Virus record (IMG/VR): IMGVR_UViG_2724679462_000002
Span: 32,001 to 96,000 of that record
DNA from: a virus
Taxonomy: Duplodnaviria; Caudoviricetes
Direction: 5' to 3' (one strand)
Length of the DNA stretch: 64,000 bases
Position numbers and translations under genes: made by a program. Under the pieces are notes generated by a model that worked only from the letters and a program-made list of their open reading frames with translations, was not told the origin of the DNA and did no database searches. Below are positions 40,801-50,920 of the stretch, piece by piece. How positions within the stretch are numbered: position 1 is the first letter of the stretch; every line of letters begins with the position of its first letter.

Positions 40801-41963
40801 TTGCCGTACTTGTCAATCTTGTCGCCAAGGCGTGTCCCTTTGAGCTTCTTCCCGACCCAGCGCCCGGCCTTTGCACCAAGGGAGTCCGCCACCATACCAC
40901 CGGAGAATTCGCCAGCCATTTGTGACTTGCTGGGACCACCTTCACCCAGCATGTCGCTTGCGTCGGCGGCCATGTCAGCAGCGCCCAGGGCCATCTGCGC
41001 ACTACCCGCGAAGCTCGACAGACTGGCGGTCAGTTGCTTCTGAATCCGGTCTGTCAAGTTGCGCATGAACGCCGAGCGCTGACCGAGGACCATCCCGCCC
41101 ACATTGCCGAAGAACTTGTTCCTCGCGAGGGTCGGCCAGTCTTCGCGCATCTTGATCTTGAGCACGTCTGGAAGCGCAGTGTTCTTCTGGATGTTCTCCA
41201 GCAATTCGCGATTCCGTGCTCCCTGTGCCTTCTGCTCCGCCAACGAATCCATGGCGACGAAGTAGTGGCGGTACTGGATCTCGAGCGACTTGCGCTGGAA
41301 GTTGACCGTCACTCGATCCTGGTAGTCCGCCAGACGCTGCAACGCGATGCGCATCGAGTTGAGCTGCCCCAGCTGGTTATTGGAGCGATTATTGTCGATG
41401 TTCTTCTGGATGTCGGATTCGGCCTTGTCTTCTGCGCGCTGTTGCGCGTTCGTCTCAGCCTGGAACTTGAAAATGTCGCCGAGTGTGGACTGAAGCGCCG
41501 CGTGGCGCGACGCCTCTTCCGAGATACCCGTCGAGCCATTGTCGGCCGACTCCGACCAGGATTTGAGGCGCTGCTGGACCTTTTTCGGCAGAAATTTTTC
41601 AGTCGTCGGGAGCAACTTATTGGTCGCGCGCTTCATGTCGTTGAGAAGCGGACGGACCTCTTTGACGGACGAATTGTATAGAGTCCGCAGGGACGCATTG
41701 GTCTGATCTGCCATGTCGAGGGCTGTTCCATAGCCCGTCGGCAAGGCCGATTTGACGGTCTTCTTGATGAACGAGCTGCTCCGGGCCGAGTCCCAGACGC
41801 CGCTCACCGCACCCTTCCCGAAATCCATTGCCGCTTGGGTCGCGGGCTTCCGGTCGTCCTTCTTCTTAGCCTTCGGTGCTGAAGCGTTCCAATCCGACGC
41901 GAAGTCGAGATCTTCGTCGAAGCCAAAGTCGTCGACTGCGGAGAGCTTCCTTTTCTTGGCCAT
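34836..41963 (-). CDS. Large tail-associated/tape-measure-like protein with C-terminal GH19 domain (phiKZ gp181-like, 2375 aa)
   Basis: Start moved to ATG 41963 (GGAG RBS); SLTEVIPGYLARI; GH19 motifs LMAQCDHESGGF, YRGRGVIQLTGKANY, VNGGLNGLNDR; divergent from the vRNAP beta' gene. Confidence 0.88.
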   Translation of the reverse strand: MAKKRKLSAVDDFGFDEDLDFASDWNASAPKAKKKDDRKPATQAAMDFGKGAVSGVWDSARSSSFIKKTVKSALPTGYGTALDMADQTNASLRTLYNSSVKEVRPLLNDMKRATNKLLPTTEKFLPKKVQQRLKSWSESADNGSTGISEEASRHAALQSTLGDIFKFQAETNAQQRAEDKAESDIQKNIDNNRSNNQLGQLNSMRIALQRLADYQDRVTVNFQRKSLEIQYRHYFVAMDSLAEQKAQGARNRELLENIQKNTALPDVLKIKMREDWPTLARNKFFGNVGGMVLGQRSAFMRNLTDRIQKQLTASLSSFAGSAQMALGAADMAADASDMLGEGGPSKSQMAGEFSGGMVADSLGAKAGRWVGKKLKGTRLGDKIDKYGNKAQYYAGNAPQHLTEWAHSDHGDNVPLVGGGIRWLKDQIRASNGVETGMHVDNLRNLQDPAPFNGLARKSLTEVIPGYLARIYRELQILRTGDAKTELTTYDYTRNSFHSKSEMAKNAFGSLVRKEDKAWVHEKGKNLVDHLEKESGVQLTKKQRKALLRRMMQDNLTNRTGSAKRYSDVFSYGGDNAEHAGTFAKLFENYFKDDHDGGKQMRFQARFADLGSGMGDPRAAIQDMISSGMLDVVMQTGLVKNGRLDLDKLMDYYLHDTFNPAASYAGGNVRPMGGGSSHGIHASMASRHRGAKRVKGQGPRKKPRRAFTPTARHRPSAQTLGAMNWNAARRHEPDGFDEWLRALDEADDPAETTPEHHLNIGGRKSAETGVKDCCDQKPIIEAIKESSSKSISEKIHETLLAIQKKVEEGIDVRHRRSGVGTHMGDADGGGVRRSKNLLTWTVGDFGSAAAGAGKWGLDKVKGGFQGAWDWWKRPSPMFHKVKGWGKSGLDAVSGGGKKALSYAKSFDDIYLPGSKEPALLAWKMRAGHYRDKATGNIIKSYKDITSDVEDIFDNDNIVLEAKDIGRAYSKSKIGVKAISALGAAWKGLRGAYDSIAGGVFRLVPKVIEHGIKLAEKGMDLLDQPVDIYVKGKDDPVMLAIMMRGGAYRSQLKGTLITRPSLIDGPVEDISDKNNIKLVLTKEDLAKGLVDRNGKPMKTPLAKLLDLARKPFAMAGRALSKGFEMAKTFVSAPFKALGNWFENWLGKDGIIFAGSRTMIDRLTEIRDILTERLPRPKKRLLGDDGEGFVKGSWEEKEHEKKLPAGDGKAGETGMGAALSKIKDAIKGLTDRFKKKDEEESEEAGEATAGKGFIRKAISKIAPGLSRAGNMLGGMASSLGLNRVAKFLSGSSLPPELAKDGRIAGMYAAMKAAIQDSESDSIGGGGGMFNKAKRLLKRIPGAGRVGRMLGGAKNVLRSGMGRLLGRGALSAGLEGAATVGAEGAAAATGLGAAEAGLGAAALTGAEGAGLLAGATGGSALVAGGATVLSGIATGAGMLGAALLSPVGLGIAGAALLGYSLYKGYKALTKKRLGSLSALRFAQYGFTKEQEKSYLQAVFGLEDKLIKGVVFQNGQASIDAKAVPELQKPKELAEGFDLDLKDNQQCANFAQWFRGRFCPVFLKHMTALQTANANAKLGEVDEKLKSDEKKKYFEASKWPQGPYYVSASPFWDQPSLQAGPEYVQKITQEVAAEIDKDAGKKDGDKGTAGVVASAAAAGALAGKTADDVKPKEAGQDKAKALVAQALGIGTAKPSETGVGGKSTASYAIDPALAKPGQTPGKVETLTGVRYRTYGLKDLDADKCALLRALEAETFKSVRVTNDAAQFNGDPAQLQEKFGAQFGVVGHHNNQAYTWNAWFNMRFLPTYLNYLGTMSRLSGGPTMVGKLTGRSEDMLEPVLAAQIAKAIVGTRTPDSKSVREVTQSPWPGYAMNTDQKSVQAALDFLDGKSKDKAKTLNDGTGVSKDKPKADSKKSDEKKEGDGGKGWTNYLADKAGEGWKSVKDWASNAFNSAKNVVSNVASSIGNAAGKAYDAFKNTKVGGAIVSGVKSAGNWVEKKYSASAQAIKNALLKAMVAAGITKPEEQAMLMAQCDHESGGFKSLTENLHYSAGNLMKVFGPKHFPTMQAAQEAVAGGERAIADAAYGGRLGNSDADDGYKYRGRGVIQLTGKANYAHFGKKIGVDLINNPDLASEPNTAAKLAIAFWQENVKAAGKNGDVRTATLGVNGGLNGLNDRQSKYQFYLKQAQDGKLVPTDIAGKTDAKSDGTSAAQTSAAGGSAPASGSGSTPPAAPASDTSSGSTGGSAPSTASTASASSGSATSSAPAASTGSSPADSPFGFGGSSAKPVGSGSRNIAAVQQAQHDEHMDALGGVGDTLGKSLKVHEESLGTLKAILALMQTTSKSNDQGATSAPSTTAPGTGPIQSGPPQKMPTPPVSMRKMV

Positions 41964-42039
41964 ACGCGACTCCAAAAAAATAGGGCCGCGGAACATCGCG
42001 ACCCCTCATAGATTTCCCGTTTTTAAGTAGGAACACTAA

Positions 42040-43665
42040 ATGCCACAGCGTTCTGCGATTCCTTTCAATCTGAGCTTGCTCGAACTCACGCCAGCCAAGT
42101 TGCAAGGGCTGAAGCCCGTGACCTCACTCGCCTTCTTCGACGGCAATAGCAACAACTTTGCGGAAGACGGCCTGTTCTCCGTGAGCATCTTCGGCAAAGT
42201 CGGCGACGAGAAGCGTTCGCAACGCTTTTCTTTCATCGACATTCGCGTGCCGATCTTTCATCCAGTGATCTTCCGCGCGCTCGTCAGCCTGAAGCGCTTG
42301 TACGGCGACATCATCTCGGGTGCCGAATACGCCGTGTGGAATCCGGAGATCCGCGACTTTGAACGCAGCGATCCAGTCAACGGCAAGACGGGCTTTCAGT
42401 TCTTCGTGTCCAACTGGAAGAACATCGCCTTCGAGAAAACGAAGAGTGACACGCGCGAGCAGAACATCCTGCTCATCGAGAAGTTCAAGGAAAAGGGACT
42501 GACGTCGAGGATCGTAGTGATGCCCGCTGGCATGCGCGATCTGGAGATTGGTCCAGATGGTCGGGTGCGTGAGGACGAGATCAACACGATCTACCGGGAG
42601 CTGATCGCCAAATCGAATAGCGTAACCGACTCGGCGCTGCGCACGAACCCCGAGATCATCAATACGGTTCGCTACAGCCTGCAGATGACCTTCAACAAGC
42701 TCTATGACTTGCTCGAGAGCATGGTAGAAGGCAAGCGCAAGCTTCTGATGGGCAAGTGGGCGAGCCGGCGTGTCTTTGACGGTACGCGAAACGTGATCAC
42801 GGCGATGGACACCTCGGCGGCGTATCTCGGCGCGCCCGGCAACGTCGGTTTCAACAACACCGTGATCGGCCTGTATCAGATGCTGAAGGCCGCTCGACCG
42901 GTGGCTGTCTATCACATCCGCAATGGCTTTCTCCAAAAGGTCTTTCCGGGTGCTGGGATGGCTGCGAAGCTCGTCAACAAGAAAACTCTACAGGCGGAGC
43001 CGACGCAGTTGAAGGTGGACTACTTCGACCGCTGGATGACGAGTGAAGGGATCGAGAAAATTCTGACGGCGTTCGGTGAAGAGGATCTGCGCCACAAACC
43101 CATCGAGATCGACGGCAAGTATCTGGGCCTCATCTACCGGGGCCCGGACATGACGTTTCGCTTCATGAACAGCATCGACGAGCTACCCGAGGGTCGCGAC
43201 AAGAAAGACGTCTCGCCGATCACGTTTTGTCAGCTGCTCTACCTCTCGACCTATCGTGAGATGGACCGCCTGCCCCTTTTTGTCACGCGTTACCCGATTA
43301 CGGGTATCGGCTCGATCGTGCCAAGCAAGGCGCACGTTCGCACGACGGTGCTTTCCGAACGACGCAAGGAACTGGGTCCGGACTGGAATCCGCTGGGCGA
43401 CGACTACGTGGCCTACGAGTTTCCTGTCGACGGTGGCGCATTCATCAACTCACTGGTGCCGCACAGCTCCAAGCTGGGCCTGATGGGCGCTGACTTCGAC
43501 GGCGATACGTCCTCGGGCAACGTCACCTACACCGACGAAAGCATTCAAGAAGTTGATGAGTTTCTCGCCAGTCGTCGCGCCTATGTGGGCACCGACGGCC
43601 GAGCGCTTGCAAGCGTAGCAGTCTCCACAGTGAACCTGGTGCTGCACAACCTGACCGGGGATTAA
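42040..43665 (+). CDS. Virion RNA polymerase beta' subunit, catalytic part (phiKZ gp180-like)
   Basis: DGLFSVSIFG, GTRNVIT, TRYP, catalytic GADFDGD. Confidence 0.93.
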   Translation: MPQRSAIPFNLSLLELTPAKLQGLKPVTSLAFFDGNSNNFAEDGLFSVSIFGKVGDEKRSQRFSFIDIRVPIFHPVIFRALVSLKRLYGDIISGAEYAVWNPEIRDFERSDPVNGKTGFQFFVSNWKNIAFEKTKSDTREQNILLIEKFKEKGLTSRIVVMPAGMRDLEIGPDGRVREDEINTIYRELIAKSNSVTDSALRTNPEIINTVRYSLQMTFNKLYDLLESMVEGKRKLLMGKWASRRVFDGTRNVITAMDTSAAYLGAPGNVGFNNTVIGLYQMLKAARPVAVYHIRNGFLQKVFPGAGMAAKLVNKKTLQAEPTQLKVDYFDRWMTSEGIEKILTAFGEEDLRHKPIEIDGKYLGLIYRGPDMTFRFMNSIDELPEGRDKKDVSPITFCQLLYLSTYREMDRLPLFVTRYPITGIGSIVPSKAHVRTTVLSERRKELGPDWNPLGDDYVAYEFPVDGGAFINSLVPHSSKLGLMGADFDGDTSSGNVTYTDESIQEVDEFLASRRAYVGTDGRALASVAVSTVNLVLHNLTGD

Positions 43666-43670
43666 ACAAG

Positions 43671-46600
43671 ATGTTCCTGTACGAATACTTCTATCGACGA
43701 TACGGCGTGCGCCGCACCGCACAGCTGATTCAACCGCCCCTTCCGGGCATGGATCAACTGGCGCTGCCCAAGCGCAGCCTGTTCCACTTCATGGGCGGCG
43801 GTCCGCTCGACAGCGGTCCCGACTCAAACCAGATCGAGTTTCGTGGCATCACGAAGCCGATCGTCGTCTCGCACGTCTTTCAGCAAAGCGCGAATCAGGG
43901 CAACCCGCGCCTCGTCCGGACTTCGACCCCATTGCTCTCTTCGCAGTGGTTCCAGAAGCATCGGCGGTACAAGAAGATCGTGAACTTCGAGACGGGCACG
44001 CGGGACGACAACACGCTGGCCGTGATGAACTATGCGTTCCTGTGGCGGATGTACCGCTACCCGCGATCGTTGTTCGCCAACTTCTATCAGTGGCACAACA
44101 TCGCGGAGACGCTCTGGAGCCAGGTGGGCGACATTGCTTCGCGCTCCAATCGGCATCAGTTCATTCCGATCACCTTGCCCAAGATCCTGCCGTGTCTGGC
44201 TGATCTGAAGGTCGGCGAGATGAGCGGCATCAACCAGCGACTCATCAAACGTTTCAATTCGCACGAAGCGCTGATGATCCTTGAGATCTGGAAGTGGCTC
44301 GGCGAGAACCGCAAGTCGTCGATGCTCTCTCACGTGAACGATGCGAACATCGGTCGTGTCAACCTTCTGTTCGAGGAAAGCGGCCGTTGGTTCGTGGTGA
44401 ACCTCGCCACGCTCAACGGCTGGCGGATTGCTACGCCGTCTGAGCTGGAGGCCAATCCGGACGCGAATCAGCACGGGTACCCGCCTGCTCGCATGCAGCG
44501 TTTCTTCCTGCGTATGCTCATGTCCCTGATGGAAGTCCGCACTGCCGCAGCACCTGAAGTCATGGCTGAGAGCGATAGCGCGGTGCCGGCCACGGGCGAA
44601 ACCCCCCAGGAACCGACCAACGTCGTGGATTCGGTCAATCCGACCACGGGCGAGATCACCAAGACGGTTCAGCAGCCGAGCGAGGTACCAACCTACTTCC
44701 AGGTGCCGAAGCAGCTGGATGCGGATCTCGATGATGAAGACGGTGACCGAACCAAAACCATGCGCGTGGTCGCAGCGCTCAAGCATGAAGACGATGCACC
44801 GGATGAGCGCGGCACTGACATCCATCGCGATATGGAGTTGGAGAAGCAGATCGACGCGGATCTGGACCAGCTCGAGCACATCGCGAATCTGAGCGATCCG
44901 GAGGAAGAGACACGCACGGAAGCGGTGATCGAAGCGCCGGTCACACTCAGTCCCGAAGGCGCCGTGATGAAGATCTGTGATCGGCTCGCCGAGCAGGGAA
45001 TGCTGAGTGCCGGCGAACACCGTCGCTATCAAGCGCTCTCGCAGGCGTACAAGAAGATCGTTGCACCGGACGGCAAGTCGACGCTGGGTGACTTTTCGCA
45101 GGTTGCGAAAGAAGACGTACACATTCCGGAATCGCCAGCCCTACCCGATGTCGCAACGGTGCCGGACAAGACGATGCTCAAATCGTCGCTCATGGTGTTC
45201 GACTCACATTACATCAAGAAGGTCATGCAGAAGGATGTCGCCAGCATGGTGCTCAACCTTCAGCAGGCCGGCCTCTGCGTCACCGGCTACGAGGTCGAAG
45301 ACGTCGATGATGTCATGGGCGAATACAAGATCTACACCGTGCGCGTGACACCGGTCGATGGGACACAATCGACGTTCCGATTCCGGCTGCCAACAGTAGC
45401 TGAAGACGGTACGTTCACCAGCAACGGTGTGAAGTATCGCGTGCGAAAGCAGCGAGGGGATTAAAACATGTATGGTCCCCGTGTCGTAGAAATACGGCAC
45501 AAGAAAACCTATCTAATTGCGGGAACCCGCCTAGACCCAACAACTACCACCTACGCGCGGAAACGCAGCGTAGCACCTGTAGGGTAATCATCCAAACAGG
45601 AATGGTGAAAATGTTGTTGGGTGGCGCAACCGACGCAGCGAAGCTCCTAAGTACCCACGGTATATGGAGTGTGCTCAGAGGCCATCGAAAGCTACGACGC
45701 AAGGCGTCTAACGACACCTGTATAAAGCCAGGTGGTCACCTCTCGGTGATTCAAGCGAGTAGAGTAGGACGTCGCAAGACATCCGAAAAGATAGGCACCC
45801 TACCCTCGAATCGAGGCGGGTGAAGATATGGTCCACCTTGGATGGGGTGCTTCCCATCCGAAAGATCGGTCCGGACATCGTGGCGCTCACGAGCTACTAC
45901 GGCAAAGTGTTTGTCTCTCGGTCGCCGAAGCGCGTGAACGACTACGGGACCTGGTTGTGTAACTCGATCCGCGCGATCGGGCTCGAGAAAGGCAGCAGCT
46001 TGCTCGGGAACATGCACATGGCGGATGTGTTCGACAATTTCTTCCCGTGTCCTCGGCTCTACAGCATCTTGGCGATGTCGTTCCGTGGATTCACGCTGGC
46101 GGGGTTCGAGTGGAACTTCGATCACAGCAAGCGTGCGGCGTTGTATGGCGAGGAGATGCTGAAGGTCTACGAGCGTGACGGGATTGTCATTTGTGGCAAG
46201 TCGATGAAGGATCCGAAGTCCTTCCTTCTGATGGACGCGAAAGGTGCGCTCTACCATGCCACGTTTGGTCAGCGTCATCTGCCGCTCGTGCTGCCGAGCA
46301 TCGAAGAGATGTTGCAGCTTGAGCCTGCCAAGGCGCCTGTCGACTTCGCCGAAGTGAAAGTGTTGGGACGCACGATCCCGCTGGGTGTGGTGCTCGGTTA
46401 CGAAATGGGTCTCGAGCGTCTGATGAAGCTGCTCAAGGTCGAACCTCGCCGCGTACCGGCAGGGCAGCGCGTCAATCTGCAGCCGAACGAATACAGCCTG
46501 GTCTTTTCGGACGAGACACTCGCGTTCCCGCGTGACAGGACGTTCGCCTCGATGGTGCTCGCGGGCTTCAACGAGTATCACCGCAGCCTGCGGACATACA

Positions 46601-48414
46601 ACGTTCACGAGTTCGACCGGCGCGGCGTGTACCTGAACCTGTTGGAGTCGGCTGGCGCATCGACGCGCTATCTGCGCGAGATCGATCTTCAGTATCAGCT
46701 TTTCGTTGACCCGATCACGCGCGAGCTGCTCGTCGACATGAAGGAGCCCACGGACTATCAGAGCCTGCTACTCAAGGCCTGCGAGATGCTGCTCACTGAC
46801 CATCACCCGGACGAACTCGATTCGCGCTACATGCGGATCAAGGGCTACGAGCGGATGGCGGGTGCTGTCTACTCGGAAATCGTGCGTTCCATTCGTGTGC
46901 ACAACGGTCGTGCGGGCAAATCGCGTTTGCCGATTGACCTGCACCCGTTCCAGGTCTGGAAGAACATCACCCAGGATCCGGCAAAGATCCAGGTGTCGGA
47001 AATCAATCCGATCCAGAACCTGAAAGAAATGGAAGCGGTGACGTACTCGGGTGTTGGTGGTCGAGGTTCGCGCAGCATGACGAAGTCGACCCGTGCCTAC
47101 CATCAGAACGACATGGGCACGATCTCGGAATCGACCGTCGACTCTTCGGACGTCGCAATCAACACCTACACCAGCGCGGATCCGCAGTTCACCTCGCTGC
47201 GTGGCGTCTCGCGTCCCTATGACGTGAAGAAGTCGGGCGCAACGGCTCTGCTTTCGACGTCGGCGCTGTTGTCACCGGCGGCTGATCGCGACGATCCGAA
47301 ACGGGTGAACTTCATCGGCATCCAGCAGAGTCACGGCATCGCCTGTCGCGGCTACAAGCAGGCAGCGCTTCGCACGGGTTACGAGGGCGTTATTGCTCAT
47401 CGTGCAGGTGACTTGTTTGCAGTGACTGCGAAGAAGAGCGGCAAGGTGCTATCCGTCAATGAGCACGGCATGCAGGTGCAGTACGAAGACGGTGAGATTC
47501 AAGGCATCGAGCTCGGACGCCGTTACGGCAACGCCGCCGGTCTCGTGGTTCCGCACCAGGTCAACACGAACATGAAGGCCGGGCAGACGTTCAAGCCAGG
47601 CACTCTCCTCTCCTACAACGACGGCTTCTTCGAGCCGGACGTGCTGAATCCTGACAGTGTTGTCTGGAAAGCCGGGATCACGGTGAAGACTGTGTTCATG
47701 GAGGCGATGGTGACGCTCGAGGACTCCTCGGCGATCTCGAGAGAGGTCTCGGAACTGCTGACCACGCAGTTGACCAAGGTGCGGACCGTCGTCGTCAACT
47801 TCGACCAAGAGATCCACAAGCTCGTAAAACCGGGCAGCGTTCTGGGCTCCGAGGATATTTTATGCGTCATCGAGGACGCCGTGACAGCGGGCAACCGTCT
47901 GTTCGACGAGGAGTCTCTTGACACGCTGCGTGTGCTCAGCGAACAAACGCCCAAGGCGAAATCCGCGGGTGTCGTTGAGCGTATTGAGGTCTTCTACCAC
48001 GGGGAGCTGGAGGACATGTCGCCTTCACTCCAGAAGCTCGCGGCCACATCCGATGCGGCCATGATCAAGCGTTCGCGCTCCGTGGGTAAGAAAGGCTACA
48101 CCGGCAGCGTCGACGAAAGCTTCCGCGTCGAAGGCACACCGCTTCAGTTGGACACCGCAGCGATTCAAATCTACCTCACTGCGGACGTGCCGGCTGGCGT
48201 GGGTGACAAGGGCGTGTTCGGCAACCAGTTGAAAACGGTGTTTGGTCAGGTGATGGAGCGTGAGCTGAGAACGGAGTCCGGACTGAAGGTCGATGCGATC
48301 TTTGGCGCGAAATCCGTTGCAGACCGGATCGTGTCGTCCCCGGAACTCATCGCTACTACCACGACCTTGCTCGATGTGATCGGCCAGAAGGCCGTAGAAC
48401 TCTACCGGTCGTAG
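43671..48414 (+). CDS. Virion RNA polymerase beta subunit, large part (phiKZ gp178-like); exons 43671-45461 and 45850-48414, 1451 aa spliced
   Basis: Splicing gives RKQRGD|LPIRKI; beta-type motifs RIKGYER, DDPKRVNF, EDS, GDKGVFGNQLK. Confidence 0.92.
45462..45849 (+). ncRNA. Group I self-splicing intron, no ORF (388 nt)
   Basis: 5' exon ends GGGGAT and pairs with GTCCCC (P1, U-G wobble); P AATTGCGGGAA, Q GACGCAGCG, R CTCAGAGGCCAT, S AAGATATGGTCC; ends in G; removal restores the frame. Confidence 0.93.
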
Positions 48415-48422
48415 ACCCCACG

Positions 48423-48457
48423 GACAAACGGCGGACCTTCGGGTCTGCTGTTTGTTC
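48423..48457 (+). terminator. Terminator-like hairpin
   Basis: GACAAACGGCGGACC-TTCG-GGTCTGCTGTTTGTT after the vRNAP stop. Confidence 0.7.
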
Positions 48458-48490
48458 AAGATTTATTCAGTCCTGCTGATAGGAATTTTC

Positions 48491-48679
48491 ATGAAATCCA
48501 GAGAATCTGAAAAGACGCTCGTGACGCTCGCGAATGCCACGACTCTCGTGCGCACCATCGTTCAGGGCGTCCTCGGCAACGACGCCGCAGACACCTTCGG
48601 GGGCGCGCCGCTCACAACGGATGTGATCAACCAAATCGCCCAGGCCAAGTTTCAGGCTGCGGTGCAACCCTACCTGTAA
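48491..48679 (+). CDS. Small hypothetical protein (62 aa)
   Basis: AGGA RBS, ATG 48491, good codon use. Confidence 0.6.
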   Translation: MKSRESEKTLVTLANATTLVRTIVQGVLGNDAADTFGGAPLTTDVINQIAQAKFQAAVQPYL

Positions 48680-48694
48680 AAGGACGCGAAGACC

Positions 48695-50128
48695 ATGTTG
48701 AACGAGAAAGTCCTGATGGCTTCGCTGCCGTTGACTGAGCGACTGGACGCGCGCGGTCTCGCGCTGTATCCGGTTTCGGGTACGCCGCTTGACGCGCTGT
48801 GCTCCTCGACCCGCTCGGACTCGGCCCTTTTCATCGCTGCCAACGGCGACCCCCGTGCGCTCATCGGCAGCATCTGCACGATGGCCAACACGACCGACCC
48901 GATGATGCAGTGCTCCGAGCACGATGCTGTTCTCGACTCGATCGCCGAAACTGCGATCGCTGCGGTGAAAGGTCACATCGCCTTCGCCCGTACCATCGTG
49001 GCACCGGCGATCAACGATCTGTACGCCCGCGTGAAAGCATCGCTGGCGGAGGTCAATCAGTCGTCGCTGCTGGGCATGGAAGTCGAAGTGCTGCGCGAGC
49101 CGAAGCCGCTCGACAATGGCGCCCTGCAGAGCGCCGTGCGCAAATTCGACGGTCTGTCCTTCGACAGCCCCTCGCTCACGCTGCGCCTGCCGGATCTGTC
49201 GATGGATGAGATCCGTGAACTGATGCTCTCGGGCGGTGGTGGACTGGACGCCGACATCGCTGAATGGATGGCGGAAAAGGGAGATGACTTTTTCCGTTAT
49301 GTCTGGGCGAGCCTCTTCCAGCAAACCTTCCCGCGTGACGGCGACCGCGTGCGTTCGTTCGGGGAATGGGTCACCGACCGCGCACAGGGCACGGACGTGG
49401 CACTGGCCGTCTTCCTGATCGCGCGCAAGCTGAGCGATGGCAAGCCGCTCGAAGGCACTGCAATGTCGCTCTCGAGCTATCAAGGCACGATCGTCGATTT
49501 CCGCAATCAGGCCGGCGCTGCACTCTGCCGTGCGCTGGACAAGATCGAGCGCGCGAGCAAGTCGGGTCAGCTGGTGCGCGACGTGGTCGGTACGAAGACG
49601 GTGGTGTACGAACCGGTCTATCGACGCTTCCTCGAAGAAGGCGGCACGAACGAGATGCTCTTCGCGAACGCGCTCGGGATTCCGTTTGCGACCTCGATCG
49701 AAGCAATCATGGCTCAGCGCGAACAGCTCGCCAAGCGCTGGAACACGCATGCGTCGATCACCCGCACCGCGGAATCGAACAAGCGCTTCAACATCACCAA
49801 GGATCTGCTCGATCTGCATTTCCGTGCACAACTCGCGGAAGTGACCGATGGCGAAGAAGCGACCGCGAACAACCGCGAAACCGTGCTGCGTCTGTTCAAG
49901 GAATGCCTCGCCAAGCTGCGCGAGAGCGACCTGAACGATCTCTACAGTGCATGCCTGATCCTCGTGTGCCGTGCTCGCTTCTTCAAGACGGACGCTGAAC
50001 GCATCCTCGTCGGCATCGAGCAAGCAAAGTGCGAGAACCCGGACATCTCCGTGCGTGAAGCGGCAGCAGCCAGTGTCCTGAACTACATCGCTTACTGGGT
50101 CGGCACGCAACTTAAGGTAGTCGGCTAA
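48695..50128 (+). CDS. Conserved jumbo-phage protein (phiKZ gp177-like by synteny)
   Basis: 477-aa ORF between vRNAP and the protease cluster. Confidence 0.7.
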   Translation: MLNEKVLMASLPLTERLDARGLALYPVSGTPLDALCSSTRSDSALFIAANGDPRALIGSICTMANTTDPMMQCSEHDAVLDSIAETAIAAVKGHIAFARTIVAPAINDLYARVKASLAEVNQSSLLGMEVEVLREPKPLDNGALQSAVRKFDGLSFDSPSLTLRLPDLSMDEIRELMLSGGGGLDADIAEWMAEKGDDFFRYVWASLFQQTFPRDGDRVRSFGEWVTDRAQGTDVALAVFLIARKLSDGKPLEGTAMSLSSYQGTIVDFRNQAGAALCRALDKIERASKSGQLVRDVVGTKTVVYEPVYRRFLEEGGTNEMLFANALGIPFATSIEAIMAQREQLAKRWNTHASITRTAESNKRFNITKDLLDLHFRAQLAEVTDGEEATANNRETVLRLFKECLAKLRESDLNDLYSACLILVCRARFFKTDAERILVGIEQAKCENPDISVREAAAASVLNYIAYWVGTQLKVVG

Positions 50129-50160
50129 GCGCGCATCTTTCTGTTTCTTGTGAGGACGTG

Positions 50161-50886
50161 ATGGATCCGAAAACTCTTATCAGAGACCCTGAACGGGTCA
50201 AAAGCGCTCTCCGGGAAACGGAAGAAGGTCAGCTCATCGCCAAGGAACCGGTGAAGATCTACATTCCAACCCGGTTCGCTGAGCGAGGACTGGCCTCGAT
50301 CGGGATCGAGACGTACATCTACGGCATCTATGCAATGACTGTCGAAGACAGCTATTACGCGGTGTCGTTGGTGAACGCACTCATCCGGATCGAACCCACC
50401 TCGATGATGAAGATCATGATCGACGAGGACGAATACTTCGAGTTCGAATTCGAGAAGGGCGCGGTGATTACACCGACCCTTGATCTCGTGAAGACCGACA
50501 CGCTTGTGTACAAAGTCTACAAGGAGATTATCGAAGGCGGCCATACGCCTTGGTACCTAGGCTACAACGAGATGGCCCGGATCTTCGACACGGCGCGCTA
50601 CCACGCCGGGGCAAACGTGGGCGGCAACCACGAAGTCACTGAGTTGCTTGTCTCGATCATCGCGCGCAATCCAAAGAACCGCCATGAGTACTACCGCACG
50701 ACGGTCAACGACATGCGGGAGCTCGAAACCAACAAGCCGGTCTTCATTCCGCTGCGCTCAGTCGAGTACGCAGCGAGCAACACCCTCAGCAAGCTCGCGG
50801 GCAGCTACTTCAGTCGCGGTGTCGTCAGTGCTCTGGTCTCCCCCTCTGAGCGCGTCGAGCGACTGGACCAGCTACTGACAAGTTGA
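50161..50886 (+). CDS. Conserved jumbo-phage protein (phiKZ gp176-like by synteny)
   Basis: GAGG RBS; IYIPTRF, PWYLGY, SKLAGSYF motifs. Confidence 0.7.
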   Translation: MDPKTLIRDPERVKSALRETEEGQLIAKEPVKIYIPTRFAERGLASIGIETYIYGIYAMTVEDSYYAVSLVNALIRIEPTSMMKIMIDEDEYFEFEFEKGAVITPTLDLVKTDTLVYKVYKEIIEGGHTPWYLGYNEMARIFDTARYHAGANVGGNHEVTELLVSIIARNPKNRHEYYRTTVNDMRELETNKPVFIPLRSVEYAASNTLSKLAGSYFSRGVVSALVSPSERVERLDQLLTS

Positions 50887-50920
50887 GCGGCAACCCTTTT
50901 CTTAGAACGAGAACCGCATC

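Noticed and set aside
45820-45849. GTG start of the 864-aa ORF (MKIWSTLDGV)
   Set aside because: These bases are the intron S element and 3' end; the exon starts at 45850
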